In this document: positions 9,118 through 17,457 of the stretch, piece by piece | Position numbering within the stretch: position 1 is the stretch's first letter | Layout: each line of letters begins with the position of its first letter | NCBI GenBank assembly: GCA_036277955.1 | Contig: DASULV010000008.1 | Coordinates: forward strand, 320 to 64,319 | Direction: 5' to 3' | Origin: Solirubrobacterales bacterium | GTDB lineage: Bacteria > Actinomycetota > Thermoleophilia > Solirubrobacterales > 70-9 | Length of the DNA: 64,000 nucleotides | The notes under the pieces: model-generated | Database searches by the model: none | What the model was told of the DNA's origin: nothing | The model's input: the letters and a program-made list of their open reading frames with translations, nothing else | Program-made: the position numbers and the translations under genes

Positions 9118-9899
9118 GCGAGAACCGATCCACCGGCGTCGTCGCCGTCGCCCGCGCGGTGGCTTGGCGCAGCGTCCACAACTTCCTCAACAACCCGGCC
9201 TTCCTGGTGCCGGCGCTGATGTTCCCGCTCTTCTTCTTCGTCTCCTTCGCCGGCGGGCTGGCGGCGATCGGCGACGTCCCCGGCTTCGACTTCCCGAGCG
9301 GCTACACCGCCTTCCAGTTCGTCTTCGTGCTGCTGCAGTCGGCCGCTTTCGGCGGCGTCTTCACCGGGTTCGCGATGGCGCGCGACTTCGAGACCGGCTT
9401 CGGCCGCCGCTACATGCTCGCCGCCAGTCATCGCAGCGGCATCGTCCTCGGCTACGCCATGGCGGCCCTCGTCCGGGCCTTCATCACCTGGACGGTGCTG
9501 ACCGCGGTGGCGGTCGTCGCGGGGATGGAGGTCGGCGGCAGCGCCGGCGAAATCGTCGCCCTCTACGTGCTGGCGATCTTCGTCAACCTCGCCGCCACCC
9601 TCTGGTCCGCCGGCGTCGCCCTGCGGGTGCGCTCGATCCAGGGCGGCCCGTTGATGCAGTTCCCCACCTTCCTGGTCCTCTTCCTCGCCCCGGTCTACGT
9701 CCCCCTCGACCTCCTCAGCGGCTGGATCCACGCGATCGCCTCGATCAATCCGGTGACCGCCCTGCTCGAGGCCGGCCGCGGCTTCATCTCCGGCGACCCC
9801 ACCGTCGTCGCCCTCGCCTTCGCCGTCGCGATCGCGCTGCCGCTGCTCTTCGCCCTCTGGGCCCGCGGCGGTCTCCGCAACGCCGAAGCCGCCGGCTAG
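9114..9899 (+). CDS. ABC-2 type transporter permease (second subunit)
   Basis: GTG 9114 overlaps the previous stop (GTGA). Hydrophobic multi-TM sequence paralogous to the previous gene (INPVT motif in both). The track ORF 8058..9899 is over-extended. Confidence 0.85.
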   Translation: MSENRSTGVVAVARAVAWRSVHNFLNNPAFLVPALMFPLFFFVSFAGGLAAIGDVPGFDFPSGYTAFQFVFVLLQSAAFGGVFTGFAMARDFETGFGRRYMLAASHRSGIVLGYAMAALVRAFITWTVLTAVAVVAGMEVGGSAGEIVALYVLAIFVNLAATLWSAGVALRVRSIQGGPLMQFPTFLVLFLAPVYVPLDLLSGWIHAIASINPVTALLEAGRGFISGDPTVVALAFAVAIALPLLFALWARGGLRNAEAAG

Positions 9900-10031
9900 A
9901 GAGACCGGTTCATGACATCTAAGTGACCAAAGTCACGTCTTCGTCCCCTTCCTCACGGGACATTGTCGATCTTGGCTTCTGCAGCGCAAATCCCGGCAAT
10001 TCCCCTGGGCGATTAGGAACGGGGAACTAAA

Positions 10032-10454
10032 GTGTCTTTTGTGACGCAGCGGCCGCTAGAGCTGATCCTTGCCCGAAACCTGATGTCGGCTCTCTCGACC
10101 CCTGCCTTCCTCGTCGACGAGGGCGGGCTGCTGGTCTTCTACAACGAGGCGGCCGGGCTGCTGCTCGGCAAACGCTTCGAGGAGCTGGGGACGGTCGGCC
10201 CGCAGGAGTGGGGTTCGCTCTTCGGCCCCTTCGACGAGAGCGGCGAGCCGATTCCCTACGACGACCTGCCGATCGTCAAGGCGGTGCGGGCCGGCCGCCC
10301 CGCGCACGCGGAGATGACAGTGCGCTCGACCGACGGTTCGAGCCACGACGTCGAGGTCTCCGCCTTCCCGATCCTCACCGCGCACGGCTCGCAGGGCGCG
10401 ATCGCGGTCTTCTGGCCCTCGCTGGCAAACGGCAACGGAGCGCTGCCGGCGTGA
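10032..10454 (+). CDS. PAS domain-containing protein
   Basis: 140 aa with a PAS-like pattern (PAFLVDEGGLLVFYNEAA...VEVSAFPIL). Confidence 0.65.
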   Translation: MSFVTQRPLELILARNLMSALSTPAFLVDEGGLLVFYNEAAGLLLGKRFEELGTVGPQEWGSLFGPFDESGEPIPYDDLPIVKAVRAGRPAHAEMTVRSTDGSSHDVEVSAFPILTAHGSQGAIAVFWPSLANGNGALPA

Positions 10455-11344
10455 AGGTCAAGCTCTGGGGGACGCGCGGCTCGATCCCGGCCCCCGGGCC
10501 GGAAACGATCCGCTACGGCGGTAACACCTCCTGCGTCGGCGTCACCCTCTCCGACGGCTCGCTGCTCGCGCTCGACGCCGGCACCGGGATCCGCTGCCTC
10601 GGCCTCGACCTCCCCGAGGGCCCGGCGCGCCTCCACATCCTCCTCACCCATCTCCACCTCGACCACATCCAGGGCCTCGTCTTCTTCGCCCCGGTCTTCC
10701 GGCCGCAGACCGAGATCGTGATCTGGGGCCCCGCCTCTCCCGAGGCCTCGCTGCGCGACCGCATCGCCCGTTACATCTCCGCGCCCCTCTCCCCCGTCGA
10801 GGTCCGCGAGCTGCCCTGCGACGTCTCCTTCCGCCACTGCCCGGAGAGCGAGTGGGAGATCGGCTCGGCGCGGATCCGCTCCGCCTCGGTTTCCCACCGC
10901 GGGCCGACGCTCGGCTACCGGATCGACGACGGCGACTCCTCGCTCGCCTACATCCCCGACCACGAGCCCGCGCTCGGCGCCGACCTCGACCAGCTCGAGG
11001 AGGACTGGATCTCCGGCTTCGCCCTCGCCAAGGACGCCTCACTGCTGCTCCACGACGGCCAGTACAGCGACGCCGAGTACCCCTGCCACGTCGGCTGGGG
11101 CCACTCCGCGACCTCGCACGCGCTCAGCTTCGCCCGCCGCACCGGCGCCGAGCGGACCGTCCTCTTCCACCACGACCCGCTGCACTCCGACGATTTCCTC
11201 GACGGCCTCGCCGCCGAGGCGCGCCGCGGCTGGGTCGACCTCGGCGGCGACCCGGCGACAATCGAGCTCGGCGAGGAGCGCAGCGAGTACGAGCTGCCGG
11301 CGCGCTCGCCGCGGGCCGCAGCCGCCCCCGCCGCCACGGCCTGA
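10451..11344 (+). CDS. MBL-fold metallo-hydrolase
   Basis: GTG overlaps the PAS gene stop. LWGTRGSIP...YGGNTSC and the HLHLDH metal motif. Confidence 0.85.
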   Translation: MKVKLWGTRGSIPAPGPETIRYGGNTSCVGVTLSDGSLLALDAGTGIRCLGLDLPEGPARLHILLTHLHLDHIQGLVFFAPVFRPQTEIVIWGPASPEASLRDRIARYISAPLSPVEVRELPCDVSFRHCPESEWEIGSARIRSASVSHRGPTLGYRIDDGDSSLAYIPDHEPALGADLDQLEEDWISGFALAKDASLLLHDGQYSDAEYPCHVGWGHSATSHALSFARRTGAERTVLFHHDPLHSDDFLDGLAAEARRGWVDLGGDPATIELGEERSEYELPARSPRAAAAPAATA

Positions 11345-11392
11345 AGCTCTCAGACAGGCATCCCTGAGGAATCGATCCTCTACGCTGCGAGC

Positions 11393-11998
11393 GTGTCCCC
11401 TGCCGACCGGATCGAGGCAGCCGCCGAGCGTTCGCCGCTGGTGAAGAGCGCGCTCGAGCAGGCGCGGGCCGACCACGCCGGCCAGGTCCGCAACGGCAGC
11501 GGCGGCATGCCCTACGTCGAGCACCCGATGCGGGTGGCGGCGACGCTGGACGAGCTCGGCTACTCCGACGAGGTGCTGGCGGCGGCGCTGCTGCACGACG
11601 TCGTCGAGGACTCCGAGACGACGCTCGACGAGCTGCGCGAGAAGTTCGGCGGCGAGGTCGTCGGCCTGGTCGGGGCGATGACCGACGACGAGGAGATCGA
11701 CGACTACCGCGAGCGCAAGGCCGAGCACCGCGAACGGCTCGCCGCCGCTCCGGTCGAGGCGCTGGCGATCTACGGCGCCGACAAGCTGACCAACACGAGG
11801 ACCCTGCGCGCGGCCTACGCCTCCGAAGGCGACGCCATCCGCGAGGAATTCAAGGTGCCGCTGGAGCTGAAGCTGGAGATCTGGGAAAAGGACCTGGCGC
11901 TGCTGCGCGAGAAGGCGCCGGAGCTGCCGTTCCTCGACCAGCTCGAAGAGGAGCTCAGTCGCCTTCGGGCTTGCTTAGAGGCTCCTGCCCCGCACTGA
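11393..11998 (+). CDS. HD domain protein (RelA/SpoT-type (p)ppGpp hydrolase-like)
   Basis: HPMRVA...LLHDVVEDS HD motif. About 200 aa, with no synthetase domain. Confidence 0.75.
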   Translation: MSPADRIEAAAERSPLVKSALEQARADHAGQVRNGSGGMPYVEHPMRVAATLDELGYSDEVLAAALLHDVVEDSETTLDELREKFGGEVVGLVGAMTDDEEIDDYRERKAEHRERLAAAPVEALAIYGADKLTNTRTLRAAYASEGDAIREEFKVPLELKLEIWEKDLALLREKAPELPFLDQLEEELSRLRACLEAPAPH

Positions 11999-12536
11999 GC
12001 TTGAGCCGCCGCCGCAGCGGCAGCGCGAACCAGAAGAAGCCGAAGACGCAGAGTGCCAGCCCGGCGGTGACTAGGGCCGCGGCGGTGGAGAAGAGGACGT
12101 CGGTGATCAGCAGGATCGCGCCGGTCATCGCCAGCGCCAGCAGGGCGAGGCCGATGATCGCGAAGCGGTTGGAGTAGTAGACGAGGCGCCGCTTCTGCTG
12201 GTAGCGGAAGGTGACCCGGTGGTAGGCGGAGGGGGAGATCAGCATCGTCGCCGAGAGCGAGGCGAGGATCAGAGTCGCGAAGTAGACGTCCTTCTGGAAG
12301 CTGGTGACTTCTTCGAAGCCCTGCTGAAACGGCACCGCGAGCAGGAAGGCGAAGAGGACCTGGACGCCGGGCAGGGCGACCCGCAGCTCCTGCAGCAGCT
12401 CGCCGAGGTTGCGGTCGAGGCGTTCCTCCTCGGTCTCGTCGCGGCCGGAATCGGGGTGCACGCGGCCCTTGTCGTCTGCCGACCGATCCTCCTCGCGGGC
12501 GTCCTGATCCGCCCCCCGGCTCTCCCCGTTCTCCAT
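11955..12536 (-). CDS. DUF6328 family membrane protein
   Basis: ERLDRNLGELLQELRVALPGVQVLFAFLLAVPF plus three TM segments. Start set to ATG 12536 (MENGES); the track start 12554 is a TTG. Confidence 0.7.
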   Translation of the reverse strand: MENGESRGADQDAREEDRSADDKGRVHPDSGRDETEEERLDRNLGELLQELRVALPGVQVLFAFLLAVPFQQGFEEVTSFQKDVYFATLILASLSATMLISPSAYHRVTFRYQQKRRLVYYSNRFAIIGLALLALAMTGAILLITDVLFSTAAALVTAGLALCVFGFFWFALPLRRRLKLSAGQEPLSKPEGD

Positions 12537-12547
12537 TGCAGGACCAT

Positions 12548-13903
12548 ATGTCAATCGAGACGGCGCTCGTTCTCTTCAACCGCGACCTCCGCGTGCACGA
12601 CCACCCGGCCCTTGCCGCCGCGGCGAAGGCGGAGCGGACGGTGCCGCTTTTCGTCTTCGACGAGCGGCTGCTGCGCTCGCGCTTCGCGGCTCCGAACCGG
12701 GTCGCCTTCATGCTCGAGGCGCTGCGCGAGCTCGACGAGGCGCTGCGCAAAGCGGGCGGGCGGCTGTTCGTGCGAGAGGGCGACCCGGTGCGCGAGGCGG
12801 TCGCGGTCGCGCGCGAGTGCGGGGCGACCCAACTCCACGTCAGCGCCGACTGGAGCGCCTACGCGCGGCGCCGCGAGGAGCGGCTGGCGCGGGCGTGCGA
12901 GGAGGAGCGGATCGAGTTCACGGCGCACCCGGGGGTGACGATCGTCCCGCCGGGCGCGGTGACGCCGGGCAACGGCGATCACTTCAAGGTCTTCTCGCCC
13001 TACCACCGCGCCTGGAGCCAGCTGCCGCGGCGCGAGCAGGCGGCGACGCCGCGCAAGCTCTCGGTGCCGTCAACGCTAAAAGCGGGGCGGCTGCCGAAGC
13101 TCGAGTCGCTGGTCCGCGGCAGCCCTTCGAAGGGGCGCCTGCCCGGCGGCGAGGCCGAGGGGCGCAAGCGGATGCGCGCCTGGCTGCGCGACGGCCTCGG
13201 CCGCTACGAGGACCAGCACGACGACCTCCCGGGCGACGACACCTCCCGCCTCAGCGCCTACATCCGCTGGGGCTGCGTCTCGCCTCTGGAGCTGGCGCGG
13301 GAAGCGGGCGAGCGGCGCGGCGGCGGCGGCTTCGTGCGGCAGCTCTGCTGGCGCGACTTCCACCACCAGGTGCTGGCGGCGACGCCGTCCCTCCCCAGCC
13401 GCGACTACCGGCCGCGGCGCGACCGCTGGTCGAAGTCGAAGCGGGCCTTCGAGGCCTGGCAGAAAGGCCGCACCGGCTACCCGCTTGTCGACGCGGCGAT
13501 GCGCCAGCTGGCCGCCGAGGGCTTCATGCACAACCGGGCGCGGATGACCGTCGCCTCCTTCCTCTGCAAGGACCTCTACATCGACTGGCGGCCGGGCGCC
13601 TGGCACTTCTGGGACCTGCTGACCGACGGCGAGATCGCCAACAACGCCGGCAACTGGCAGTGGGTCGCCGGCACCGGCAACGACACCCGGCCCAACCGGG
13701 TGCTGAACCCGGTGCGCCAGGCCGAGCGCTTCGACCCCGAGGGCCACTACGTGCGCCGCTACCTGCCGGAGCTGGAGGGCGTGCGCGGCAAGGCGATCTT
13801 CCGCCCCTGGCAGATGGAAGGCTTCGACCGCCTCGACTACCCCGAGCCGCTGGTCGACCACGACGAGGCCGCGGCGGCCTTCAAAGCGCAACGCGAAGCC
13901 TGA
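12548..13903 (+). CDS. phr: deoxyribodipyrimidine photolyase (cryptochrome/photolyase family)
   Basis: TSRLSAYIRWGCVS, GYPLVDAAMRQL...GFMHNRARMTVASFL and GNWQWVAGTG motifs. Start set to ATG 12548 (MSIETALV). Confidence 0.9.
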   Translation: MSIETALVLFNRDLRVHDHPALAAAAKAERTVPLFVFDERLLRSRFAAPNRVAFMLEALRELDEALRKAGGRLFVREGDPVREAVAVARECGATQLHVSADWSAYARRREERLARACEEERIEFTAHPGVTIVPPGAVTPGNGDHFKVFSPYHRAWSQLPRREQAATPRKLSVPSTLKAGRLPKLESLVRGSPSKGRLPGGEAEGRKRMRAWLRDGLGRYEDQHDDLPGDDTSRLSAYIRWGCVSPLELAREAGERRGGGGFVRQLCWRDFHHQVLAATPSLPSRDYRPRRDRWSKSKRAFEAWQKGRTGYPLVDAAMRQLAAEGFMHNRARMTVASFLCKDLYIDWRPGAWHFWDLLTDGEIANNAGNWQWVAGTGNDTRPNRVLNPVRQAERFDPEGHYVRRYLPELEGVRGKAIFRPWQMEGFDRLDYPEPLVDHDEAAAAFKAQREA

Positions 13904-13914
13904 GGCCCCATTTG

Positions 13915-13965
13915 CGAACTGCATCAACTTGATCACCCAGCAGGTACTCAAGTTGATGCAGTTCG
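13915..13965. repeat. 51-nt palindromic REP-like element, copy 1
   Basis: CGAACTGCATCAACTTGA / TCAAGTTGATGCAGTTCG form 18-bp perfect inverted arms around a 15-nt loop. 48/51 nt are identical to 43718-43768. Confidence 0.85.
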
Positions 13966-13991
13966 GACCGGGTCACCCATAGGATCGCGCG

Positions 13992-14672
13992 ATGGGTCGA
14001 CTGGCGGTGATTCTTGGCAGCAATGCGCTTGGGCCGGGTGGGGAAGAGATTGCGGCTGCTGCGGCTGCGCAGGGGGCGGCGATCGTGCAGCGGCACGCTG
14101 CCGACGGCAGCTTTGTCCTCCCCCACCTGATCGACCACGAGGCGAACCTGCGGCCACTGCTCGAGCAGGGCTGCGACCGGGTGCTGGGGATCGGATCGGT
14201 CGGCTCGCTCCACGCCGAGCTCGAGGTCGGCAGCCTCGTCTGCCCCGACGACTTCATCGCCCTCAACCTCGGCGACTCGATCTTCGGCGACGAGCGCGCC
14301 CACTCGGCGCCCGGCTTCGCACCGCGCTGGCGCGAGGAAGTGATCACAGCCTGGAGCGAGAGTGGCCAGGCGCCGCGCGACGGCGGCGTCTACTGGCAGG
14401 CGCGCGGGCCGCGCTTCGAGACGCCGGCGGAGATCCGGCTGATGGCCGCGCACGCCGACGTGGTCGGGATGACGATCGCCTCCGAGTGCGTGGTCGCCGG
14501 CGAGCTCGGCCTCGAATACGCCGCCCTCTGCGTCGTCGACAACCTCGCCAACGGCCTCGCCGCCGAGCCGGTCAGCACCGCAGGGATGGAAGCCGACCGC
14601 CGCGCCAACGCCGAGCGCCTGCGCGAGGGCCTAGCGGCGGTGCTCCCGCGGCTCGGGGCGGTGGGCCGATGA
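13992..14672 (+). CDS. purine nucleoside / 5-methylthioadenosine phosphorylase family protein
   Basis: PNP_UDP-like pattern: YWQARGPRFETPAEIR...GADVVGMTIASE...ALCVVDNLANG. Confidence 0.75.
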   Translation: MGRLAVILGSNALGPGGEEIAAAAAAQGAAIVQRHAADGSFVLPHLIDHEANLRPLLEQGCDRVLGIGSVGSLHAELEVGSLVCPDDFIALNLGDSIFGDERAHSAPGFAPRWREEVITAWSESGQAPRDGGVYWQARGPRFETPAEIRLMAAHADVVGMTIASECVVAGELGLEYAALCVVDNLANGLAAEPVSTAGMEADRRANAERLREGLAAVLPRLGAVGR

Positions 14673-14675
14673 AGC

Positions 14676-14716
14676 CGTGGTTCCTTATGGACGAGATACG
14701 TCCTAAAGGAACCACG
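14676..14716 (+). promoter_or_regulatory. intergenic hairpin sequestering the Shine-Dalgarno of the downstream amidohydrolase gene
   Basis: CGTGGTTCCTT (14676-86) pairs perfectly with AAGGAACCACG (14706-16). An inner GGACG/CGTCC stem follows a 2x2 internal loop. AAGGAA lies 7 nt before ATG 14719. Confidence 0.5.
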
Positions 14717-14718
14717 CG

Positions 14719-15960
14719 ATGACGCTAGCGGTGACGGATGCGCTCTTGGGCGGGGAGCGGGTCGGGGTTCGGTGCGCGGACGGGGTTATTGCAGCGCTTG
14801 GGCCTGACGTTGCGGCTCAGGCCGGCGACGAGGTGATCGATGCGGCTGGGGCTCACCTGGTGGCGCCGCTGGTCAACGGGCATACGCATGCGGCGATGAC
14901 CCTGTTCCGCGGCTCCGGTGGCGACCTGCCGCTGATGCCGTGGCTGGAAGAGCGGATCTGGCCCGTCGAGGCGAAGCTCGACGAGGAGGACGTCTACTGG
15001 GGCGCCCGGCTCGCCTGCGCGGAGATGATCCGCGGCGGCACCACCCGCTTCTGGGACATGTACTGGCAGCCGCAGGCGACGGCGCGGGCGGTCGAGGAGG
15101 CCGGGATCCGAGCGGCGATCGGAGCGCCGCTGTTCGATGCCACCAGCAGCTTCGAGGAGCTGCGCGATTCGGCGCTGCGCAGCCTCGAGGTGATCTCCGG
15201 GTTCGGCCCTCTCGTCACCCCCGCCCTCGCTCCGCACGCGATCTACACCGTCAGCGAAAAGTCGCTGCGCTGGATCGGCGAGCTCAGCGCCGAACGCAAC
15301 CTGCCGGTGCAGATCCACCTCTCCGAGACCGAGAAAGAGGTCCAGGACTGCATCGCCGAGCACGGCGAACGGCCCGCCCATTACCTCGACCGGCTGGGGC
15401 TGCTGAGCGAGCGGACGATCCTTGCCCACGGCGTCTGGCTCGACCCCGAGGAGCTGGCGCTGGCCGCCGAGCGCGGCGCCACCGTCGTCTCCAACCCGGC
15501 GGCGAACATGAAGCTCGCGGTCGGCGGCGTCTTCCCCTACCCCGCCGCAAAGGCCGCCGGGGTCGCGGTCGGCCTCGGCACCGACGGCGCCGGCTCCAAC
15601 GACTCGCTCGACCTGCTCGCCGACCTCAAGCTCTTCGCCCTCGCCCAGAAGCACGCCGCCGCCGACCCGACCGCGATCGAGGCCGCCGAGGCCTGGGCCA
15701 TCGCCACCGGCGCCCGCGCGCCGCGGCTCGGCGCGACCCCGCTGCAGCCCGGCGCCCCCGCCGACTTCCTCCTCCTCCGCCCCGACGCCCCGGAGCTAGG
15801 CATCGGCGAACTCACCTCCGACCTCGTCTACGCCGCCGCCGGTGCCGCCGTCGACACCACCGTCGTCGCCGGCAAGGTCCTCATGCGGGGCGGCGAGATC
15901 CCCGGCCTGGACGAGATCGTCGCCCGGGCCGCCGAGCGCGCCCGCCGCCTCGGCCTCTAG
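14719..15960 (+). CDS. amidohydrolase, MTA/SAH deaminase (MtaD)-like
   Basis: The VNGHTHAAMTLFRG metal-binding HxH motif and 413 aa length match the MtaD/SsnA-like subfamily. Confidence 0.8.
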   Translation: MTLAVTDALLGGERVGVRCADGVIAALGPDVAAQAGDEVIDAAGAHLVAPLVNGHTHAAMTLFRGSGGDLPLMPWLEERIWPVEAKLDEEDVYWGARLACAEMIRGGTTRFWDMYWQPQATARAVEEAGIRAAIGAPLFDATSSFEELRDSALRSLEVISGFGPLVTPALAPHAIYTVSEKSLRWIGELSAERNLPVQIHLSETEKEVQDCIAEHGERPAHYLDRLGLLSERTILAHGVWLDPEELALAAERGATVVSNPAANMKLAVGGVFPYPAAKAAGVAVGLGTDGAGSNDSLDLLADLKLFALAQKHAAADPTAIEAAEAWAIATGARAPRLGATPLQPGAPADFLLLRPDAPELGIGELTSDLVYAAAGAAVDTTVVAGKVLMRGGEIPGLDEIVARAAERARRLGL

Positions 15961-15977
15961 ATACCCCCTGGGGGTAT
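15961..15977. promoter_or_regulatory. CsoR-type operator, perfect palindrome ATACCCCCTGGGGGTAT
   Basis: A 17-bp perfect inverted repeat with C5/G5 tracts flanked by ATAC/GTAT, directly upstream of or overlapping the csoR start. This architecture matches published CsoR operators. Confidence 0.75.
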
Positions 15978-15993
15978 GTGCTACAGTCCTCGC

Positions 15994-16266
15994 ATGGTCG
16001 GATATACGGAGGACAAAGAGAAGCTGTTGAAGCGGTTGGCCCGGGTCGAGGGGCAGGTGCGCGGGGTCTCGAAGATGGTCGAGGAGGAGCGCTACTGCAT
16101 CGACGTGCTGACCCAGATCGGGGCGATCCAGGCGGCGCTGGACAAGGTCGCGCTGGGGTTGCTCGACGAGCACACCCGCCACTGCGTCGTCGAAGCCGAC
16201 GGCGCTGAGCGGGTGGAGAAAGTTGACGAGCTGATGGCTGCGGTCGGAAGGTTGGTGAAGCGATGA
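15994..16266 (+). CDS. csoR: CsoR/RcnR family metal-sensing transcriptional repressor (Cu-type C-H-C signature)
   Basis: RYCIDV...HTRHC provides the Cys/His/Cys ligand set. The start is either ATG 15994 or ATG 15976 (inside the operator). Confidence 0.85.
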   Translation: MVGYTEDKEKLLKRLARVEGQVRGVSKMVEEERYCIDVLTQIGAIQAALDKVALGLLDEHTRHCVVEADGAERVEKVDELMAAVGRLVKR

Positions 16267-17447
16267 GCGACGTACTCGGAAAGATCTGGGAGGGGCTGGA
16301 AATGTCGTTTTTGATGGCCTACGAGGTCTGGTGGGCGCTGGTGCTGGGCTTCGCGATCTCCGCGATCGTCCAGGCCTGGGTCCCCCGCGCCCGGATCGAA
16401 GGCGCCCTCTCCGGCGAAGGCTTCGCCCCGGTAGCCAAGGCGACCGCGCTCGGCGCCGCCTCCTCCTCCTGCTCCTACGCGGCGATCGCGATCGCCAAGT
16501 CGCTCTTCCAGAAGGGCGCCTCCGCGGTCACCGCTCTCGCCTTCCAGTTCGCCTCGACCAACCTGGTCTGGGAGCTCGGGCTGGTCCTCTGGGTGCTGAT
16601 GGGTTGGCAGTTCACCCTCGCCGAGTTCTTCGGCGGCATCGTCCTCATCGTCCTGATGGCCGTGATGCTGCGCCTCTTCGTCTCCCCCCGTCTGGAGGAG
16701 CAGGCGCGGCGCCACGCCCAGGAGGCCCAGGCGGGCCACCACCACGGCGACGAGCAGGAGGAGCGGATGAGCTGGCGCGAGCGCCTCACCACGCGCTCGG
16801 CCTGGGCCGGCGTCGGCGGCAACTTCCGCGGCGACGTGCAGATGCTCTGGAAGGAGATCACCCTCGGCTTCCTGCTCGCCGGCTTCATCGGCCTGCTCGG
16901 CGACGACTTCTTCAACTTCCTCTTTGTCACCGACGCGCCGCCGCTCGTGCAGACGATCGAGAACGTCCTCGTCGGCCCGATCATCGCCATCCTCAGCTTC
17001 GTCTGCTCGGTCGGCAACGTGCCGCTGGCGGCAGTGCTGTGGTCGGGCGGGATCAGCTTCGCCGGCGTCGTCGCCTTCATCTTCGCCGACCTGATCGTGA
17101 TCCCGATCGTGCTCGCCTACCGCAAGTACTACGGGACCGCCTTCGCCCTGCGGATCACGGCGCTGATGTTCGTCACGATCGTGATCGCCGCCCTCGTCGT
17201 CGACGGCGTCTTCGGCCTCGTCAACCTGATCCCGACCGGCCCCCGCCCCACCCGCGAGGACGTCTTCGGCTCGATCGAGGTCGACTACAAGCTCTTCCTC
17301 AACATCCTCGGGCTGGCGATCTTCGCGGCGCTCTACTGGGTCAGCCGCGGGCACAGCGGCGGCCACGACTGCGAGCACCACGCTCGCGACGCCCACTTCC
17401 ACCACATGGATAACCAACCGCATAAGCAGGAGGCGACCGGGGTATAG
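16263..17447 (+). CDS. ArsP_1/DUF318-type permease with His-rich loop and tail (putative metal exporter)
   Basis: Multi-TM protein with an ASSSCSYAAIA motif. Central loop HAQEAQAGHHHGDEQEE and C-terminal GHSGGHDCEHHARDAHFHHMDNQPH. The ATGA overlap with csoR suggests coupling. Confidence 0.7.
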   Translation: MSDVLGKIWEGLEMSFLMAYEVWWALVLGFAISAIVQAWVPRARIEGALSGEGFAPVAKATALGAASSSCSYAAIAIAKSLFQKGASAVTALAFQFASTNLVWELGLVLWVLMGWQFTLAEFFGGIVLIVLMAVMLRLFVSPRLEEQARRHAQEAQAGHHHGDEQEERMSWRERLTTRSAWAGVGGNFRGDVQMLWKEITLGFLLAGFIGLLGDDFFNFLFVTDAPPLVQTIENVLVGPIIAILSFVCSVGNVPLAAVLWSGGISFAGVVAFIFADLIVIPIVLAYRKYYGTAFALRITALMFVTIVIAALVVDGVFGLVNLIPTGPRPTREDVFGSIEVDYKLFLNILGLAIFAALYWVSRGHSGGHDCEHHARDAHFHHMDNQPHKQEATGV

Positions 17448-17457
17448 GCTCGCGGCG

